Of a DNA stretch of 64,000 bases, positions 61,001-64,000 are shown in pieces. The notes below the pieces were generated by a model, which ran no database searches, was not told where the DNA came from, and saw only the letters and a list, made by a program, of their open reading frames with translations. The translations under genes and the position numbers were made by a program. The DNA is from Candidatus Zipacnadia bacterium (lineage in GTDB: Bacteria; Armatimonadota; Zipacnadia; Zipacnadales; UBA5352). Where the stretch lies: positions 5,661 to 69,660 of the forward strand of contig JALGSW010000011.1 of assembly GCA_029821635.1 (NCBI GenBank), in the 5' to 3' direction. How positions within the stretch are numbered: position 1 is the stretch's first letter; every line of letters begins with the position of its first letter.

Positions 61001-62299
61001 TGGGCGATCCCCGCTGGCTACTCGAAGGTCGAGCCACTGCCGATCGGCGGCTACGCGTGGTGTTCGGGGCTGCTGATCACGTGGCTGCACGAGTACAATC
61101 AGTTCGCGCAGGACCCGCGCGTGGACCAGACGATCCTGAGCGCCGCGCAGTGGCTCGCGCGCGACGAGTTCATGCCGGACAAGAAGGGCTTCCGCTCCTG
61201 CTCGTGCGACACTTTCAACGACATCACGCGGCCGGGGCACTCCGCATGGGGCGTGGCCGACGCGATGGCGATCGCGTATGAGCTCTCCGGCGATGAGAAC
61301 TACCTCGACCTCGCGCAGCTCACCTACGCCTACTACGCAAGCACCGGCGGGGGGATGGGCAAGGAGTACTCGACCGCGCTGGTGACGAGCCCGCACCTGA
61401 TCGCACGGCTCCACGCGGCCGGGCGCACGGACATCGACACCGCCCGGTGGGACGAGCCGCTGGAGGCGGTCGTGCCGCGCGCGGTGCCGCCGGGGCGCAA
61501 CTTCACGATGCTGCTGCGCACGCGGCAGGCCGAGCCGGTGCGCGTGGAGTTGGCGGTGGGCGCGGTGCGCGAGACGATCACGCTGCGACGTGAGATGGGC
61601 TGGCTGCCGGTGGTCGCCGATGTGCCCGAGGGCGCGGTGACGGGCAGCATCGTCTGCGGCGATCAGCGGATCGAAGTGGCCTCCGAGCGCCTGAGTGCGG
61701 TGCCGATGGACCTCGGAGACGGGACCGCGCTGATCGCGACCGGCGACGACTTCCTTGGGCCGGCGCTGGAGGCGATGGATGTTGAGTTCGAGCGCCTCAG
61801 CGGTCAGGACGGACTGAAGCGCTTCGGAACGATCTTCCTGGGCACGCAGGCCTGCACGCTCGACTCGGGCGGCGTCCGCACGGACCCAGCGCCGCTGCTG
61901 CAGTGGCTCTACGCGGGCGGGACGCTGGTGGTCTCCCACCCGAACGATGAGAAGTGGGACCCGCTGCTGTTCGGCCCGCCGCTGATCCTGCAGGAGGAGA
62001 ACGCGGTGCTGGGCGAGGTCGCCGAGCCCGGCCACGCGCTTTTTGCGGGCATCGCCCCCGGCGCGCTGGCGGGAGCGCAGATGTTCGACAGCGTGGCCGA
62101 AGCCGAGGAGCCGTGGCAGGTGCTGGCGCGCGATGCGCAGGGGCGGCCCGCGGTGCTGGAGCTTGCGGCGGGGGAGGGGCGCGTGCTGGTGATCGTGCCG
62201 AGCCTCGAGCGCTACGTGACCGGCGAGCTGGCCGGCTCCGAGGCGCTGGTGGGCGCGGCGAAGCGCTTCATGACGAACCTTCTGCAGTACGCACGGTGA
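58088..62299 (+). CDS. Large secreted multidomain protein, exo-rhamnogalacturonan-lyase (PcRGLX/YetA)-like with an Fn3-like domain
   Basis: Signal peptide, DSDGDTIPD, LEGLEPGREYHYRV, GLPFPQG...YPDGSVQWLLLDF, YGFLNLGDW..WGNMEYD. Confidence 0.7.
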   Translation: MNRAILALMMLALLTTAASAQQALPRPDSDGDTIPDAIEQQLATDPNFAEPLELLFEDGTGEADTSLGTECLPYGDFARIWFAPVARGRFLWKIDLAEPTEWPPLNHDVRLLYVDADNDRTTGRPDSGPGCDIMFYIDPARENRLIDWAYPVGSATASDGSSVYICADVDLNQVDGKSVFRMMLLYQDIREGHVQNRDNMPWLDVSAAGSSDRERIEVASTHPLFAPPQELRNVGARVLFDRPQPRAEITCVTELPTMPTVEFGPTANYGTTVRAERNYNNHRIYLEGLEPGREYHYRVSVPARDEAILSEDATFSTRPPAQPRGSVRRETVMLTVDNPHAAPTERAPITTGLPFPQGALADDARLRLLDDAGRELPLQTQVTARYPDGSVQWLLLDFIADVPAESSAQYAVEFGRRVQRTVQPEGITTEREGEALTVDTGALRVIFDPANGDLFRSAFLDANGDGAYSADEAVLGEQNPGGSGLSVRDDDEWLHYAAVHAEPEIAIEREGPLATIVTVSGAHADNGGNALFRYVSRYQFTAGSGLVRLQHTVENDQTGQKLTRIDSYGIGMPLPFDETAVVSLLNTDLELLGFSAADGNVTVTQDLDNHMKLVAPGIEEEGVVGPSSIDVSARDRGVWVGLRQFAEKWPSELVFNSDARGIGVNLLPSFEDGRYADLGDAIESDRLYYHVRDGGYRLHWGVSFTREVWLGFHEGAVWPNSWAQQLREPLIAVADPEWLCASGAFGEQLPRTEGLFPRYEEMVDRIFDSLLARRETNRSYGFLNLGDWWGERRYNWGNMEYDTPHADMVQFARTGDRRFFDEACNSATHNRDVDYAHYEPRGREFYRTRSHRMFHTGGYEPRMTAEQMGLAYATDSGLTNALSGHQWNRGNFDHYFMTGEQRSWDVALGLAEYMAGPGSVSFTMGKGAERCVAWALYDLLSAYRVTWDPYYLNGARIMAEDVIRRQTPEGHWAIPAGYSKVEPLPIGGYAWCSGLLITWLHEYNQFAQDPRVDQTILSAAQWLARDEFMPDKKGFRSCSCDTFNDITRPGHSAWGVADAMAIAYELSGDENYLDLAQLTYAYYASTGGGMGKEYSTALVTSPHLIARLHAAGRTDIDTARWDEPLEAVVPRAVPPGRNFTMLLRTRQAEPVRVELAVGAVRETITLRREMGWLPVVADVPEGAVTGSIVCGDQRIEVASERLSAVPMDLGDGTALIATGDDFLGPALEAMDVEFERLSGQDGLKRFGTIFLGTQACTLDSGGVRTDPAPLLQWLYAGGTLVVSHPNDEKWDPLLFGPPLILQEENAVLGEVAEPGHALFAGIAPGALAGAQMFDSVAEAEEPWQVLARDAQGRPAVLELAAGEGRVLVIVPSLERYVTGELAGSEALVGAAKRFMTNLLQYAR

Positions 62300-62354
62300 G
62301 GCCCGCGACGGTAGCGCCGCGGGCCCCTCGTACCGCCTGAGGAGGCGTCAGGCG

Positions 62355-63116
62355 TTACATGATGCGCGCTGCCTTCGCGGCCTCACGCGCGGCTTCGGCG
62401 TGCAGTGAGGTGCTGACGACCGTGACGCTCTCGATGCGGTCGCCCACACGGACCGTGTCGGCCACGTCCATGCCGGAAGTGACCTTCCCGAAGGCCGCGT
62501 AGCCGCCCATGAGCGAGTCGAGCGACTGCACGTTCTCGTTGTCCGACAGGCAGACGAAGAACTGGCTGCCGGCGCTGTCGAGGGGCTGTGCGCGGGCCAT
62601 CGAGAGCATGCCGCGCTCGTGGTGGACCTTGCCGGGGCTCTCGAGCGGGATGGCGAAGCCCGGTCCGCCGGTGCCGTCGCCGTTGGGGTCGCCGCCCTGG
62701 ATGACGAAGTCGGGGACCACACGGTGGAAGGTGAGGCCATCGTAGAAGCCATCCTCGATCAGCAGCAGGAAGCTGCCGGCGGTGATGGGCATCTGCTCGT
62801 CGTAGAGTTCGCCGACTATCTCGCCCTTGTTGGTCTTGAACTTGATGACGGTCTTGTCCGCGTTTGCCACCTCGTCGGTCACTCCTTCGTTCTGCTCGGC
62901 GCCCGCGGCGACCTGGTCGCCTTCAGGCTGCCCGTCGGTCGCCTGTGAGAGGGAGCCATCGGCGCCCTCGGGCGGCGGCGCTGCGTCCTCGATGGGCGCG
63001 GCTGCGTCGTCCTGTTCGGGGGTTTCGACGCAGCCGGGAAGCAGCGCCGACAGGATCAGCGCTACGATGGCGGCTGTCGCGACTGTCTTGATGATGCTCG
63101 GCAGGCCTCCGGCCAT
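62355..63116 (-). CDS. Cyclophilin-type peptidyl-prolyl isomerase, lipoprotein
   Basis: FYDGLTFHRVVPDFVIQGGDP, SAGSQFF; lipobox LPGC. Confidence 0.94.
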   Translation of the reverse strand: MAGGLPSIIKTVATAAIVALILSALLPGCVETPEQDDAAAPIEDAAPPPEGADGSLSQATDGQPEGDQVAAGAEQNEGVTDEVANADKTVIKFKTNKGEIVGELYDEQMPITAGSFLLLIEDGFYDGLTFHRVVPDFVIQGGDPNGDGTGGPGFAIPLESPGKVHHERGMLSMARAQPLDSAGSQFFVCLSDNENVQSLDSLMGGYAAFGKVTSGMDVADTVRVGDRIESVTVVSTSLHAEAAREAAKAARIM

Positions 63117-63287
63117 AGTCATTCGTATCCTCCGCAACTCGGTGTCAACTTCAATGTACTCAGCGCGCGAGGGCGGCCTGGAGTTCCGAGCATGTAACGT
63201 TTGTCGACTTCGAGGAGGATTCGGTGCAGGGGACGCGAAGGTGAAGAATGACGTTTGTCGCGAGCCGACAAGGGATGAGGGGTAGCG

Positions 63288-64000
63288 ATGGCAATGACAC
63301 GTGGGATTGGCGTGGCGCTCGTGGCAGTGACCGCAGCGGCCTGTCTGTTGCTCGGCGGCTGCGGTGGCGATTCGGCACCGGACCCGACGCCCACGGCCAG
63401 TGTGCAGATCATGCTCGTGGATGCGCCGGCGAACCAGATAAGTGAGCTGCACGTGCGGCTGAACGGCGTGCAGGTCGCGCGCCGCTCGAATGAAACCATG
63501 ACCCTACTCGAGGCCAGGGACCTGCCTGCCGACACGGACGTTATCGCCGCGGGAAACACCCCCGTCCTGCTCGGGACGGTGGACGTCCCCGAGGGGACAT
63601 ACACGTTCGCGCGACTGGCGATCGACGGGGCCTCGCCGGTCAACCGAGTGCGACTTACTGATGGCACCGAACACCCCATCGTGGAAGTGGTGCACCAGCA
63701 GCAGTTGGGCGCCCAACTGAACGGCTCATTCCAGGTGGTTGCGGGGACGAACATGACCTTGCTGTTCGACTTCGCGGCCGCGGCGTCCGTGCGGGAGACC
63801 GCGAACGGCTGGGTCCTCTCGCCGCAGATCTTCTCACAGTACATCGAACGTGGGGTGCAGTTCGGCGGCCTCCGGGGCGTCGTGAGGGAGCGCGACGGCG
63901 CTCCGCTCATCAAGCCCGCGGATCAGGTGCTGGGCGTCTTCCTGCGCGACCAGGGAACGCAAGAGGTAGTCTCGCTTGCAGAGGTCTGCTGCCTCACCGG
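63288..64000 (+). CDS. DUF4382-like lipoprotein, 3' end outside the window
   Basis: Open frame not in the ORF track: lipobox LGGC, IMLVDAP, VPEGTY..ARL, LLFDF. Confidence 0.75.
   Translation, partial: MAMTRGIGVALVAVTAAACLLLGGCGGDSAPDPTPTASVQIMLVDAPANQISELHVRLNGVQVARRSNETMTLLEARDLPADTDVIAAGNTPVLLGTVDVPEGTYTFARLAIDGASPVNRVRLTDGTEHPIVEVVHQQQLGAQLNGSFQVVAGTNMTLLFDFAAAASVRETANGWVLSPQIFSQYIERGVQFGGLRGVVRERDGAPLIKPADQVLGVFLRDQGTQEVVSLAEVCCLT

Noticed and set aside
63119-63913. 264-aa minus-strand ORF
   Set aside because: Antisense to the open-ended DUF4382-like lipoprotein gene on the plus strand

Overview
High-GC (about 70% by eye), gene-dense bacterial chromosomal segment. The many large secreted CAZyme/sulfatase-like proteins suggest an Armatimonadota/PVC-like glycan degrader, which is an inference only. 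Main content: a complete N-ATPase operon (atpDCQRBEFAG) whose c subunit carries the Na+-binding signature; an ECF sigma factor with a double-zinc-finger anti-sigma; two clusters of secreted glycan lyase/hydrolase/sulfatase-like genes; two near-perfect parS palindromes flanking one gene; phnX coupled to a Zn-dependent alcohol dehydrogenase; an oxidative-stress set (osmC-like, sod, pfpI remnant); dhaKL; a split NarL-type two-component locus; tandem ZU5-NHL lipoproteins; and several unexplained protease-like modules (DUF5678 plus retropepsin-SEC-C, DUF6345-like His/Cys protein plus partner, secreted papain-like protein). A structured intergenic repeat occurs twice with three TCCTGT boxes and covarying hairpins. 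Several gene scars are present: an 88-bp frameshifting tandem duplication, an internally deleted flavoreductase, and kinase, YcxB and PfpI remnants. I found no rRNA, convincing tRNA, CRISPR array or intact transposase. All family calls come from motif recognition by eye, not from database searches.
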